Under the pieces are notes generated by a model. The model was not told the origin of the DNA. It searched no databases and worked only from the letters and a program-made list of their open reading frames with translations. DNA of 64,000 nt, taken from assembly GCF_036321535.1 (NCBI RefSeq), contig NC_087447.1, forward strand, positions 34,350,001 to 34,414,000. Direction: 5' to 3'. Source of the DNA: Camelus dromedarius (taxonomy: Eukaryota). Both the position numbers and the translations under genes were made by a program. Positions 10,954-24,622 of this stretch are shown here, in pieces (position 1 is the stretch's first letter; each line of letters begins with the position of its first letter).

Positions 10954-12662
10954 TAAGGCTAAACCATAGGTAGCTTAAGGGCTTCAGCTCAAGGGCCATC
11001 TCTAGTTAAGTGACTTTGTCATACTGTGCTGAAAAGAATTTGGAGAGTGCCTCTATCTAGCTAAGTTGGAAACAGCAGCCTGATCAATTAATAAGGTCCG
11101 TCATGAGTACAGAAATGGAAATAGTGGCAGACGTGCTCTATATTTGCCACCTCTGATCTCCCATTTAAATCATATTTGCTACCAAGATCATTTTTTGGGT
11201 TCTGAGACCCTCAAACATGTACTAATATGAAAAACAGCGCATTCTTTTTTTGAAAAGTACGTCTTCCTGATACTCTAGGATTTGGTAAACATAAGAGCAT
11301 TCACTTTAACCCTGTCTGATTTAACTAAAGTCTGATCATTTCTCATCTTTCTTGATGGAAAATGAGTGAATCTTTTAGTATGTTTCCAGATTTCTTTCCC
11401 TGCCTCCTCATCCCTTTAATAATTTTATTTGCTCTTTCCTGGAAAATTTTTCATCTCTCTTTATATATTTCCTGTAAACCTTCATTGTCCTTCTTTAAAG
11501 CAAAATAATTTTTCATTATAACCAGAGAAGGGGGGGGGGAAGCTATTTTTTCCCTGGGGCAAAAGAGATAATTGCATAATTCCTCCTTAAATAAGATAGT
11601 CTCAAATTATAAATATGTCCTATAAAGTTACTCCTTTCACATGGATGCTGTGCTAACATGAATGAAGTCATTTTAAATCAGTAAGTTTGGCAAGCATTGG
11701 TAGCTAAAGAAGTTAATGGTTCTGAGAATGGCAAACTGCTTTGGAAAGAACACACTATCTAGATTTTTTTAATTGCTTTTTTTTTTATATGCACTGTAGA
11801 CAGCCCACTCTTTTAAATCTCAACTTTGACAACCCTTCTCTCTTTTCCTTTGGTCTGACTCTCAACTTTCGAAATCACTCAGTTTGAACCATATTACCAA
11901 AACTCTCAGGACCACAGACGGAAGCATCATCCACAGCAGTGGGGCAGTTCTCCAGTTGTGAGAGCCATCCTCAGGTCAGGGTATGCCAGCTGTGCTACTT
12001 TCTGATCCTCAACTTCAGCCGCTGGTGATTAGTTGACTGTAAATTGGGCTTCAGAGCTCACCTGCAAGTGACCAGCCCCATCAACCCATCCTTTATCTGA
12101 GTTAAAGACCCCTGGCTGTGCCTGACCTCCCAAGAAGACAGTCCTGTGAGAGCCTGAGACATCTAAACCCCAGCCTACTACCAAAAAAAAAAAAAAAAAA
12201 AATGCAGCGATCTGGGGGAAAGAGTCAATAGGCTCTTGGAGACCCTTGACTATAAATGATGAAGGGACATACTGCAAGTCTCTGGAATAATAACAAAAAG
12301 CCAAACATTCTTGAGTTTATTGGGGAGTAAAAAAAATCAGACTAGCTTATTTTCAAAAAGGCACTTTTCCTTAATTGACATGGGTTGGCAACTTAGGACA
12401 CACATTTCAGTGATGGCACAAATGCTCACCTTTGGTAGTGGCTGAATTAAGAGCCCACTCATCTCACACTGCAGAGAAGCTGAGGTGAGAACCGTAGACC
12501 AGCTATTTAGAAAGTCTGTACCCCTCCCCCTTGCTTCTGATCTGCCTTCTTCCAGATGGATCTATGTGCAGATCAATATGTTCAGTGGTGATCTCTGGGC
12601 TATTTTTGGGAACTGAAGACTGTGGGTTCTCCCAGTTGCAGATGCTGGGGGGTGAGGAGTAC

Positions 12663-12668
<6 letters not shown>

Positions 12669-12714
<46 letters not shown>
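12669..12714. repeat. (GT)23 microsatellite
   Basis: Uninterrupted GT run. Confidence 0.97.
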
Positions 12715-12716
<2 letters not shown>

Positions 12717-14589
12717 ACAGACGTTTAAGGCAATGAGCCTGACTAAATGTCAAACAAATACATAGGAAACTATTGAATAATTGGATGTGATGTGGCCCAA
12801 TCATTAATTCAATGAATAAGTTGTTGAGAGCTGGGCTTTGGACATCGTGATGCGGAACAAATAAGGGCTCATTCCCTCCTCTCAAGTTCAAAGAATGATG
12901 CAGTCACTGGTTCCAGCCAGAGGGTTGCCCTTTTCCACAACTGAAAAACTGAGAGCACACAGCAAGGAAACAGGGAAATAAATGACAAATAGTAGAACCA
13001 CCACTCCAACAGAAGCAGGGCAGAATAAACTGTGATACACGAGGCACAAAGGAGCATCAACTATCCATGGGGTTAGCAGGTATTCTGATGAAACTAACTT
13101 TCTGGTTAACAAAAAACTGAAGCTTAATGCAAAGAAATCTCCTTTCCACCGTGAGTGTTGAAACTCTAATTGCCTGAGTCCCTTCTCTCACCTTTGTAAG
13201 TCAAGTCTAGGAAATATTCCTTTGTTTACATCTTGCTTCATTCCACAGAGGATTTGAAGAAAACCTACATTAGATAAAGATAATGGCTAATAAAAAGACA
13301 ACTGAAATACAAAAAAAAAAAAGTGGCTAAATATTAATAAGAATAAATGTAATAAAGGAAAAACATTCTTATTTAAAACTTAGGCTGTGACTACTTTTGC
13401 CTTCTGTAGGTGGGGGAAGGATGTGTAAATAAACCATATCAGTAGGAATATAAATCACGTCTCACTTCCTTCCAGAGCCAGGCACTAGGGAAGAGGCAAG
13501 TCTGAAATTTCAAATTCAGCCACATCTGGGCTACTCAAGAGACAGACTCTGAGTACATGGTCTTAGAGATAACATAAGTGAGCATTTGGATATTCAAAAG
13601 CCAGCCCAGAGCCCAGAAGTCAACCCATATGGTTGCCCATAGTATGTGAGAAAAATTCCTTTTCCTGGAAGAGGTTTAGTGTAAAGGGTCCCCAACATGG
13701 AGTATCTAAAGCAATATGAAGAGACTCCAAGGGGGGGACAGAAGAAGTGGCAAAGGAATTCCTTTCCTCTCCCCCCAAATAGCAATAAAGCTGCTATGCT
13801 ATGAAATGCTTTAAGTAACTAGATCTTTCTTTGGATGAGGGAGAATTATTTTTAAAAAGCTGAGTACTGAATCTGGGTTCCTTATGGAGTAGAAAGAGGA
13901 GACCAGGGAATAGCATAAGAGCCTGAGTTTAATGGGAGCCGAAATTCAGAGTCAGGGATGGCTGAGATAACTGTGCCTCACCCCCACCACCATCTTTATT
14001 CCCCCAACTCAGTGATATACAGAACAATGCAGAGGGAATTGGGCTTCCCACTTGATGTGGGATAAGACTGCCAAGCAAATGCAAATAAGAATATCTCCTG
14101 ACAAAGAGACAGGACCAGGGAAGATGTATATAAAAGATGAATATCAAGATTATATGTGTGGGCAGAGGTGAAGTAGGAGGAGAGGAAAATGAGCACACCT
14201 CGATTCTCCAGTTCATGCCTTTGGCTAAGGTCAAGTCCACCCTCATGGCTTCCTGAAGATCTTTCTATAGTTTAGAGTGAGCACCATCTAGGTCTATACC
14301 TGCAGGAAGTAAAGGTGGAGGCAAGGAGACTGAGCAGAATATGCCCAGATTTGAGGCTGGATCCTACTGCAAGCTTTTTTGTTTGCTCATTAGTTTTAAT
14401 TCTCTACCCACATTTTCACTATTACAGATGAAGAAAACAATTCTAGCAACTGAGAGGTCTAGTTAATTCAGTTTCAGACTGATCTTTTTAAAAAGTATAT
14501 GCCTTGTGTTGTATTATCCTTTCAACTTCCCATACATTACACCAGACAACCCAGAGTTGAGCCAGAATCATGAGGATGCTGATAAAAAC

Positions 14590-14826
14590 TATAATTTATG
14601 AAGGTATTCGTACTATGTGCCAGGGACCATGATAAGCATTTTACATTCTCTTAATTCTCACAACAGTCCTACAAGGTGGATGAGGATTGTCATTTTCATT
14701 TTACAGAAGAGAAAACTAAGGCCCAGAGAGAGTTTAGCATCTTACCTAAGACCCCACAGCTAATTAAATGGAAAAGCAGGATTTGAACTCAGAGGTTCAA
14801 ACTCCAGAGCCTGGACTGTGAACACT
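14590..14826 (-). mobile_element. MIR SINE (near full length)
   Basis: TACTATGTGCCAGG...AATTCTCACAACA...CATTTTACAGAAGAGAAAACTAAGGCCCAGAGA...GGATTTGAACTCAG. Confidence 0.85.
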
Positions 14827-15144
14827 AGACAGTATATTATCAAAGGAATAACCATCATAATGTTAACAGTAGAAATGATCATAGTAACCCCTTGTCAAGA
14901 TTTGCTTTATTCGCACCATTGCAGCCACCACCTGGAGCACTCCTGTATGGTGACACGACTACTCCATTCCACAGCCGAAGATACAGGAAGAAAGGTTTGG
15001 TAACCACCCAGGTTGTGAATGATAGTGGCCTTAGAGCGAGGCAAGGAATGGGCACCAGGCAGTTAGGGGGCCTGCTTGCATGATGCTCACTGCCTGCGGG
15101 TATCCACTGGGAGGTGAGGACCCGTGGTCCTTGAACAGGAAGCC

Positions 15145-15420
15145 TGAGAATCACTGGGGGTTAAAGGAACAGATCCCTAACCACACATCCCCCACAGATC
15201 TAGTATTCTGAATCTACGTGTCTGCATTTTAAACAAGCACTCGGGCGAAACAGTTGGTCCTAACACTTTGCTTGGCTGTCCATTAGAGGCACCTGTGGAA
15301 TTAAAACACCAAGGCTGCCCAGGTCCCACCCTGGACCAAAATCAGACTCTCTGGGGGTGGGGCCCAAGCATTTGTCTGTTAGTAAAACTCCTGGGTGCAA
15401 GCAAATTGAAAAGCACCACT
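15145..15420. mobile_element. Degraded MER5A/MER5B-type MITE fragments
   Basis: TCTGCATTTTAAACAAGC and AATCAGACTCTCTGGGGGTGGGGCCCAAGCAT motifs. Confidence 0.55.
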
Positions 15421-16599
15421 TTAACAAATGCTACAAAACTTTGCTCCGTCAAACTATAGAGTAGGGGATTATGGAGGTGGTAACCTGGACAATTTTTATC
15501 AATGTGTACAGCCAATCTCGAAAAACCCAGGCCTTCTATGACTTTCTTTGCAAGATTTTCTTTTTCAGAGACTTGCTTAGCCACTCTAGCTGCCCGTGCA
15601 ACTCAAAGACAGTCGGGTAATTGCCCAAATGCTGCCTAGGAGTCAGTGATGCAGACTGCATCCAACGGCCTGACCTCTGCTCAGTGCGGGCCTCCAGGCA
15701 AGGAGCGAGGATGCTCCGGCTGCTCCCTCTACCGCATTTCCTCTTTTGGTTACTGCTATCGCCCTGTGTGTCTCATGCCATCACTCTGACTCTGCCCCAG
15801 GCACGGGGCCTGGTGAGCATTTGCTCCTGGCCAATGTCTGGCCTGCCCCACGGGAAAGGGAGAGGTGGGCAGTGCCCAGGGTTCAGGGCTCTCAGAGGAG
15901 GGCTTGGGGCAGTTAACTCTTGCAGGTCTGGGCTCATAAAAAAGTGTGCTGGCATGAAAAAGCTCAACAGTGGGTACATTAAAAAAAATTCATTTAGACC
16001 TTTGGTATGCATCTTGTGATTCTTTTTCCTTCATTTAAAATGTATTTGTAGTGGAGATGTTTATCATTATTTACATACGTGTTTGGCCACTGTTAAAATT
16101 TGCTAATATATTTATGTGTGTTTACATATGTATAAATAAATACATTTATAAAGCGAAGGAGAAGGAAGGAATTCACATCACAGTATTAACAGGGGCTATT
16201 TCTGAGGATCAAGTTAGGAGACTGGCAATTCCTTTTTATTTTTATATCACTGTTAAAGGGTTGAAATTATGGTTGATTTCAACTTACTTTTCCACAGGAT
16301 TTTCCTGCATTTTTCAAATAAATATCTTTACTGGTTTCAATCTTTCATTTATTCAAGGGACACTTATGAAGCCCTATAATGAACCAAGCCCTGTGCCAAA
16401 TGTTGGTGAGATGGAAGTTAGCTAGATTATATCCATCTCTGCCCTCTTCCTTTTCCAGCAAGATAGATGAGTCCTCTCCCAAATGAACAGACAAAAACTG
16501 TGTTAGCTATCAAAGATTAAAATCCAGTTTTAGATAAGCTAAAATCCAGTTCAGTTAAATCCAGTTTAGTTATATACATAAATATATAAGATCTATATA

Positions 16600-16929
16600 C
16601 AGTTGGCCGTCTGTATCCGTGGGTTTCGCATCCATGGATATAACCAACAGCAGATGGAAAATATTAAAAAAAGAAATTCCAGAAAGTTCCAAAAAGCAAA
16701 ACTTGAATTTGCTGTGCCCTGGCAACTATTTACATAGTATTTACATAGCATTTGCATTGTATTAGGTATTATAAGCAACCCACAGATGATTTAAAGTACG
16801 TGTGTAGGTTATATGCAAATATTACATCATTTTATAGAAGGGACTTGAAGGGACTTGAGTATCTCACAGATTTTGGTATTTGAGGGGACCCTGGAACCAA
16901 TCTCCCCCGCATATACCGAAGGATGACTC
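16600..16929 (-). mobile_element. MER2-family (TcMar-Tigger) MITE
   Basis: Imperfect TIRs (CAGTTGGCCGTCTGTATCCGTGGG / reverse GAGTCATCCTTCGGTATATGCGGG) flanked by TA; internal GTATTAGGTATTATAAG and TAGGTTATATGCAAATA typical of MER2. Confidence 0.85.
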
Positions 16930-18089
16930 TATATAACAAAATCACCGATTTTGAAGGATTTCCTCCTTCTAAGACAACCAGGAACAGTTACTCCAGAGAG
17001 CCTGCCTCATTTCCCTGCCTCCCAGAGAAGCAGCTCCTAATAGAATCCTCCTCGGCAGAGGTGCCAAGACCACCCCTGAGCAGAGGGACTAGGAAATTCA
17101 TTCTTTTCTCCCTGATCTACCAAGCTATCTCTATAAGCCACGACAAGAGCCTGAAGACAGAGTCCTCATCTTGCAGAAAGAGAGAAGATGGGGAAGAAAG
17201 TGGGCCCCGGTATGCCTGACATGAACCCTGCTGGGCACACATAAAGAGGAATTCTAGTTCACATTACCCCTTAGCTGAGCTCAAAGCTGGTCTAAAAACT
17301 GTCAACAAAGCAGAGACACCCGTGAGGATCTTTTGAGCCCTGAGATCATTCGAAGCCACTAAACATAAACAGCTGTGTTGATTTCCACTCGCTCTCCCAA
17401 CCCAAGGCAAATAAAACCTCAAAGCTTGAAGGGTGGAAAAGAACAAAATACAAAGGGATTTTCTTTTATTTTTTGACCTAGGAAGGTAGTTTTACAAACA
17501 GTGGGGCAAGACACCATTCAATCAATTTTTTTAAAAAAACTGGCATCTTTCTTGAAGCTCCACATTGTGCAAAACTTTTAGACATTCGCTGATCTATTTA
17601 TCAAACATTTTTCCTCCAGGCATTCTGGACATATGTCAAATATGAATCTAACACAGTCTCCCTAAGGCTGCACCAAAGACAGTCAAGCACTGTCATCCTG
17701 GCTTCCTCGTTTCCACAAAGGCCATCTTTTTGAACTTGGGGATGTTGAATGAATTCCTGTTCAGAACCATTTGCTTGTTAGGGTTTCATCCTTCCCGTGG
17801 GGAGAGGGGAACCTAAAGAGTCGAGTTTGGAGATGGAGAATCCAGTCTTCCAAGGCATCTGGCCTGCAAGGCTGATTTCCTGCTGAACTATCAAAGACAG
17901 GTTGCTACAATCCCTTCCCATGACCATTTTAGCTCTTTCCTTGCCTTTGATCCTTTATTCTTGATGTTCACTCCTGTCTGGTATCCATGACCCATTTTCC
18001 TTCCTGAGGAGGAACTTGGACAGAACCCTCATCACTGCTCTTTGTTTCTGGGTTCTTCTCTGAGTGATGTGAAGGAGAAGATGGGGGCC

Positions 18090-18285
18090 AGAGTCAGGCA
18101 GACCTGGGTGGGAATCCTGATTTCACTTCCCATTGACTGAGCAAGGGTCACTTCATGTCTCTGACCCTCAGTTTGTTTATCAGGAAAATGGGGCGGATGG
18201 TAACTATCTCACTCTGTTGTTGCATGGATTTGGGATAATGAAGGCAGAGAGCCCAGTGTGAGTCTACAACTTTGTAGGTGCTCTA
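18090..18285 (+). mobile_element. MIR SINE
   Basis: CAGACCTGGGT...CCTCAGTTTGTTTATCAGGAAAATGGGG. Confidence 0.7.
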
Positions 18286-18287
18286 CT

Positions 18288-18527
18288 CATTCATTCATTC
18301 ACTTAAATCATAGTTTGGTGCTACTGAATGACAGACAGCAAGCTAATCACTGGTGATACAATGTTAGTAAGAATTGAAGTTCTTTTCTCATGGAGCTCAC
18401 AATGTAATCAGGAAAATGGACACTGATTACAACATCACAGCCCTGGACATGTAATTACTAAGTGAGGCAGGTGCTATGTTAGCAGATAAAGAACCTAGAC
18501 TGTCGAGGCAGCCAAGGCTCCTGAAGA
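18288..18527 (-). mobile_element. L2 LINE 3' fragment
   Basis: (TTCA)n tail, CTCATGGAGCTCACA, AAGGCTCCTGAAGAG. Confidence 0.65.
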
Positions 18528-18618
18528 GATGATGTTTGGGGTGATGTTTGGGGTGATGTTGGGATGCTGTTTGTTGGGGTGATGTTGGGGTGGTGTAGGG
18601 GTGGTATGGGGGTGAGGG
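18528..18618. repeat. G-rich minisatellite, ~12-nt unit GTGATGTTTGGG, ~7 degenerate copies
   Basis: Directly visible tandem array. Confidence 0.85.
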
Positions 18619-18961
18619 ATGAAAGGCAAAGAGGTGAGGATGAGGCTTTCATTCCTGTCTGCCATTGTGCTTGAGGTGGAGAGTTGGGCAGCGAGCAGAG
18701 ACCTGGGTCCCCCCTGTACATTCTCCTTCCCCTTACCTGTGGCATAAGAGATGATGTCAAGGTTCCAGTTCCTCTCCTGGAAGCTCCTCAGTGAAATGGA
18801 AAAGAGTCCTACAGTCATGCATAGACACTTAACTGGTTGACCTTGTGTGACCTTGGCCTAGTGACTTAACCTCTCTGAGCCTCGGTTTCTTCACCTGTGT
18901 CATTACTAAGACACCCCCCACCCCCGGGACATTGGGGCAAGATTAGAGAGGCAATAGAGTT

Positions 18962-19200
18962 GGGTACAGTGGTTGAAAGAGTAACGCTGGAGTTGGATCG
19001 TATGAGTCTGACCACGTTGCTTTGAATTCTGTTACTTACTAGCAGTGTGACCTTAGACAAGTTATTTAACCTCTGATGCCTCAGTTTTCTCATCCGTAAA
19101 GTGGGGCTTATAACAGTACGTCCCTCACAAAGTTGCTGGAAGGATTAAATGAATCAATATGTGTAAAGCACTAAATCAGTGATTGATACATGGTCACTGC
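18962..19200 (+). mobile_element. MIR SINE (near full length)
   Basis: CAGTGGTT...ACTTACTAGCAGTGTGACCTTAGACAAGTTATTTAACCTCT...GGATTAAATGA...TGTAAAGCACT. Confidence 0.88.
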
Positions 19201-19979
19201 TACCACCATTATGATCATTTTTCCTGGCACACAGTAAGTTCAAGTCACAGTTCCTCTCCCACCTACTCTGAAGTCACCGCATGACCCCTTGTTGTGAGTA
19301 TACCTGAATGTGTGGAAATTTCCATAGTAAGACACTGAGTGAAGGCTGAGAACTTGAGGCTGTGAGCCCAATGGGGACCCCTGCCTCTCTGAGAGTGGTT
19401 CATGGGCACCATCCAACATCCTGGGAAAGGGAGCTATCTCCTCAGAACTGGGGCATCCAGAATGGACCAGGCAGAGAAAAGAAGCCAGAGAGAGGGTGAT
19501 GGAACCTCTCCATAAATACTTCCTTGAGGTTCTGCAGGCTGAGAGAAGCACAGAGAGGTTCAGCTTCTCTCATTGCAGCCCCAGCCCACATCGGCCCTCT
19601 CCTCACCTGGTCTCCTGCCAAACTTCGTAGCGAGGTACCCCCGATCATGCTATGAGCATATCTGTTATATGCAAGACATCCATTCTGGGTACTATACCAT
19701 TCTTCAGCCATGGGCTGTCAATGCAGGTGTCCCCCTCCCCCACCGCCAATGGCTGCTTTTATTCCAGACACCTAAGGGGCTGAGGCCATCATATCCAAGG
19801 AAGATGCCTCTTTGGGGAAGGCAGGCTTTGCTTTCAGCAACCACCTCCTCACACTGGTATCTCTCTGACGCTTCTAAATCCACACTTAAAATCAACACAT
19901 TTCAGCCCAGGCACCATGGTTATCCAGGTGCAGAAAGCCACAGGGATGGTGGCAGGGTTTGGGGTGGGAATGAAACAGT

Positions 19980-20165
19980 TATGTGCCAGAGTTATGTGCC
20001 TCTCTCATTTAATGTCTCCAAATAATGCAGATTTTCTACCTTTCACAGATGAAGAAACTGAGGCGCAGATAGATAACACAGTCATTTTATCAAGGTCGCA
20101 CAGCTAGGAAGCAGTAGAACAGGGATTCAGATCTTGAATTGTCTGATTCCCAATTCCAGGCTTTG
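19980..20165 (-). mobile_element. MIR SINE
   Basis: TTTCACAGATGAAGAAACTGAGGC...CAAGGTCGCACAGCTAG. Confidence 0.8.
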
Positions 20166-20934
20166 TTCATGACACCCTATTTGATACCAGCCACCCAGGA
20201 CAGAGTCCCGGACTCTGCTGCTTGTTTACTGAAAGTTGGGCAAGTCACAGCCCCTCAGCCAAGTGGCTCATACCTTCCTCCGGCAGGTGCTGAAAGTAGG
20301 GTGCTGAGGACCCAGGTAGAAAGAGAGCACATCTGTCTGCGTGATAGGGTGGGGGCTAAGCCACAGTGCACAGGGATTCGGGTATGGAAAGAGGCTCTGG
20401 AAAATCTGGCATCTTCTACGTGCTGCTCTCCTTCCTCGTCCCTTCCCCTAGCCCCTGCACATGCACACACATGCACTGTCCTCATGCAGCTTGCATCTGG
20501 CAGGAAGGCATGCCAATCGAGGTGTTGACATCCATGGAGAGTCATGATTTGGCACCTGTGGAGTACTTTTCAGCACTTTGGAATGACAGCTTATTCGTCC
20601 ACACAACCGTTCCAGAAAGGTTGTATCCATGCCATCATGGAGGGAGGAAACCAGAGCAAAGGCTGTGAGTGGCCATGGCCAAGCTGGACTTGAACTTCTC
20701 AGCCTGCTCGGTGAGGCCTCTCACAGGCACCTCTTGCTCCCAGTTCTGCTGTTCAGATTCCAGGTGACCCTGGGAAAGTCACAGGTCCCTTTTAGGCCTC
20801 AGTTTTCTCAGCTGCAGAATAAGGGGGTCATTCCGTGGCTCTCAGCCTGGGCTCCTGAGACCCATAGGGGTTTAGGACATGGAGGGACAGCTAACCAGGC
20901 ATAACAGCAGGTGCCCTTTACTGGGAGCCAGAGA

Positions 20935-21105
20935 CACATTTACTGAGTACTTTATGAATGGTATCTCCAATTCTTAAAACCAACCTGCAGGTTAGGAATG
21001 GCCACTCCATTTTACAGATAAGAAAGCTGATCTCCACAGAGGTCAGGGGACTTGCCCCAGATCACATAGTTAAGTGCTGGAGCTGGGATTCCACCCCAGG
21101 CTCAT
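20935..21105 (-). mobile_element. MIR SINE
   Basis: CCATTTTACAGATAAGAAAGCTGA...GACTTGCCCCAGATCACATAG. Confidence 0.8.
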
Positions 21106-24060
21106 ATGTGTAACTATCACCATCGACTGCTTTCAAGGGGGTAGGGAGCGTCTCTCCTAGCTTAGGTAATAGGCAGGGACAGGGGTTCCCACTTCTTCCC
21201 TGGCTGCCCCATTAGCTCTCAGCCATGTGCTCTGATGAGCCCACATCCGGCAACTGTGTGGGGAGCTTTTGATGGGCTTGATGAACAGAGCGGGCACTGG
21301 CGCTGGGTCGACAATGCAGCTTCCAAGGAAGGAAGGCACGCAGCCAGCTGCTCTGGGGCTGACCCCTGAGGTCCAGATAACACGTTGAAGCAAGAGTTCA
21401 GTAGGGGAAAGGAGTGGGAGGCCCTTCTCACATTCCTCCCCACTCAGCACGGAGCTGCTGTCAGAGCTGATTGCCGTCACAGAGCTCCTGCACCTCAGTG
21501 CTCTCTTCCAAAACACTGACCTACTTTTCAGTCTGTAGAAATACATACCGAGCCCCCGAGCTAGTGTCTTCTTACTCTGGTTGGCATAGGTGGCAGCAAT
21601 CTCCATCATCCACTGGATAAAATCCCATCTTCTGGTCTGGGTTCCCGTGGCCCTTCCTGCCCTGCCTTCACCCACCTTTCCAGCCTCCTTTCCCTGGATT
21701 TTCCTTTGCCCCAGGCCCCCGCCATCTCCAGACACACCATCCCCTGTCACACTTCCACACCCAAAGAGGCAGGACAGCTCAGCAGTAAGCGCAGCTCTTT
21801 GAAGGCAGACCACTTGTGGTCCTCTTCTCTCTGTGATGCTATATATCCCAGAGCAAGTGATTCCACCAACTGTGCCTCAGTTTCCCCATCTTCAAGATGA
21901 CTACAACAGCAGAATCTATCTGGTAGGGTTATTGTGAGGATTAAAGAAAATACACATAAAAAGTACTTTTGAAAAGCCCCCGGATGATTGTACTGTGCAG
22001 CCAGGGTTAGGGAATCTCTGGTATCAGACTGTAATCTTCAGCGGAGTGGAGAAGGCATCTTACTGTGTGTACTCCATGGCCTTGGTGCCTATGGAGCATG
22101 GTGCCTGGCACAACACTGACATTCTGGAAAGAGATTTTAAAAGAATGGATGATTCTATTTATTTGGAAGATTAAAGGATAAACAATCCTATTCCAAAAGC
22201 CAGATATCCAAATGCTTAAAAAACTCAGTTTCAGCCTGAAACCAGTAAACCTATGATCCTGGTCATGGAGAGATCCTCCTGGTGGAGAACTCCCCAATGA
22301 GATGCTGAGCTGAACCACGCCCTGTCTGAGTAAATCAAGTCGACACTTAAAACCAAATCCTGGACAAACTGGCAAGAAAGACTAAATGAGATCCATGCAA
22401 CACACAAAAGGGAAAAAAGATGTTCAACATGAGACAGGTTTTCGGGTATTTAAGTGTTTGGATGTTTAGATTTCTTGGTTTTTTGGTCAGACTTCCAAGT
22501 TTCAGGTCCCATGCCAGCTTCAGACTCAAAATGGACACATGCACTTTCTGAATCTTCACACCTAATTCTAGATTTAAACACTAGGAAGTGATTCTGACCA
22601 GCTCTACTGCTGGGATAGAAGTTATTCTTAGCACAATGGTGTGGGTGGCAACCCAGTTTTGTTTTGTTTTTTTTTTCCCTTACGTGATTGATGTTCAATT
22701 AGGCTGCTGAAAACTGGGACAGAAATTCTATGTACAGGGGGAAGGTTGGAGAGGGGCACGCCCCCGCATCTCTGTGTCCTGTAGCATTTTGTCTTTTCTC
22801 TTGTGATATGCTCTCCAAGAGGGCCTCATGGGAGACGCTATTAGCATACGGAGTGTAATGGGATTCACCGAAGAGGGCCAGGTGCTAGCTCTGCATTAGT
22901 CAAGATCAAGGGGAAAAAAAAATAAACCCCAAACCAAGCAGGCCATTCTGTGTTCTTGGACAGAACTCAGATGGAAACCCAGAAGGGGCAAAACCTTTTA
23001 AAACACGTGACAATAAAAGGACACATTTCTCTACCTTGCACCCCGCACCCGAGCAAGCCCAGGGCGGTGAGGCTGAAATTAAAATGCACACAATAACCCA
23101 AAGTTAAGACAGGTGATGTGACAGGAAGCAGTACCAGCAAAGCCGAGGGAAAAAGGCTGGGACCAAACATTTCTCAGATGCCCACTCAGTGCGAGGTACT
23201 GACAGACAACATCTCACTTAGTCTTTGCAGGGTAGAGTATTGTCATTTCCTGTTGATAGATGACAGAACAGAGGTACAGAGAAGGAAAACAACCCCCTCA
23301 GTCAGTGGAGGAGGAACTGGGGTCTGTGTCCTTCCCACTGTGACAGGATCTGAGCTGGATCTGACTTAGCTCCCTCGGGAAGGCCATCTTGGGCAGCCAA
23401 ATAAGGCCGATTGACTGCACGTGGCTAGGGGATGGAGGGAGGGGGCAGCAGCTAGAGGTGATCCCCTCACCAGGTATTCTGGTGCCAATGTGTCCCTTGG
23501 CCTGGCTCGGCTGCAAGGGAGCCCCTGATCCCAGCAGCAATAGCCTTCCCAGGCAGTTACATTGGACAGGCTTTGCTTTTGGCCATGGCCGTGGAGAGCA
23601 GCAGGCCACCCTGGCCTGTGCCAGAGCACCTGTGAGTGGGAGGACAGGCTCCAGGGACCACAGAGGAAAATGTGAGCAGACCCCACAGAGCTGGGGGCAG
23701 GAAAGGCCCCTTTTCCAACCTAGAGAGCTACAAGCAAGAGCTCGGGTGTCAGAGTCCAGCTCCCTGCTAAATGGACTCAGACAGGCTCTGGCTGTGGGTC
23801 ATGGGAGTGAGGCCCTTCCCCACCACTCACATCCATCTGCATGAGCCAAGTAGGCTCTAAAATCTCCTTCTAAGAAAAGGAGGAGCCAGGCACCACCAGC
23901 TCGACCCTGATGACCAAGGACACTGGAAGTGACTTGGTGGCAATTTAGGATAACACAGTTCTGGTATCCTACCTCTTTGTAACCAGAGCTGAGCTCCTTT
24001 TATCGTTCTGAATCACAATCACATCACGTGTGAAATGGTGATAAAACCACCACCTACCTC

Positions 24061-24516
24061 CAATGGACTCCAGAGATGTTCTGCCCAGAGGCCCAGGGCC
24101 CCCTCACCCCTTCTGTGGCCCACCCCCACTCGGATTCTGGGTGCTTTGCCTCTGATGGCCAGCACCTGTGACCTTGCTCAGATGCTGCCTGTGAGCTACT
24201 GGAGCCCTTCGCCCAGGTGTGCAGAGAGCTGCAGGAGTCTGAGTGTGTGCTCCCGGGACAACCTGTGACCAATGACAGACTGTGGGCCTACAAAAGTCCA
24301 GCTTGCTTGTCTTGAGGTGGGACAAACTCTGAGGAGGAACTGAAACTCTGGAGCTTCCCTCCCACAAGAGGAGGCTGAGGCTGAGAATTCTCAGAATCAC
24401 GTATCCTCACTTAGCTCCGACCCTGTCCCTGTCCCACTTTTGTCCTAGGAGCACTTCTTTAATAAGTCACAAATCCTCATCTTAGACGCTACTTCTGGGG
24501 AGCCCAACCTAAGACA
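24061..24516 (+). mobile_element. Old ERVL-class solo LTR (LTR16/LTR33-like) inserted in a MIR
   Basis: 3' terminus CTTCTGGGGAGCCCAACCTAAGACA; MIR sequence stops at ~24060 and resumes after 24516; 5' boundary uncertain. Confidence 0.6.
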
Positions 24517-24622
24517 TCACTCTGTTGGGTCACAGTAAAGATTAAATGACATAATTCACACAAAGTGCTTAGCTCAGTGCCTGGCAGACAAGCAGTCATC
24601 AGTAACCGGTAGCCATTTACTT

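Noticed and set aside
21157..21813. 218-aa minus-strand ORF
   Set aside because: No resemblance to NAV2 or any protein I recognise, GTG start, and no clear exon boundaries; treated as chance
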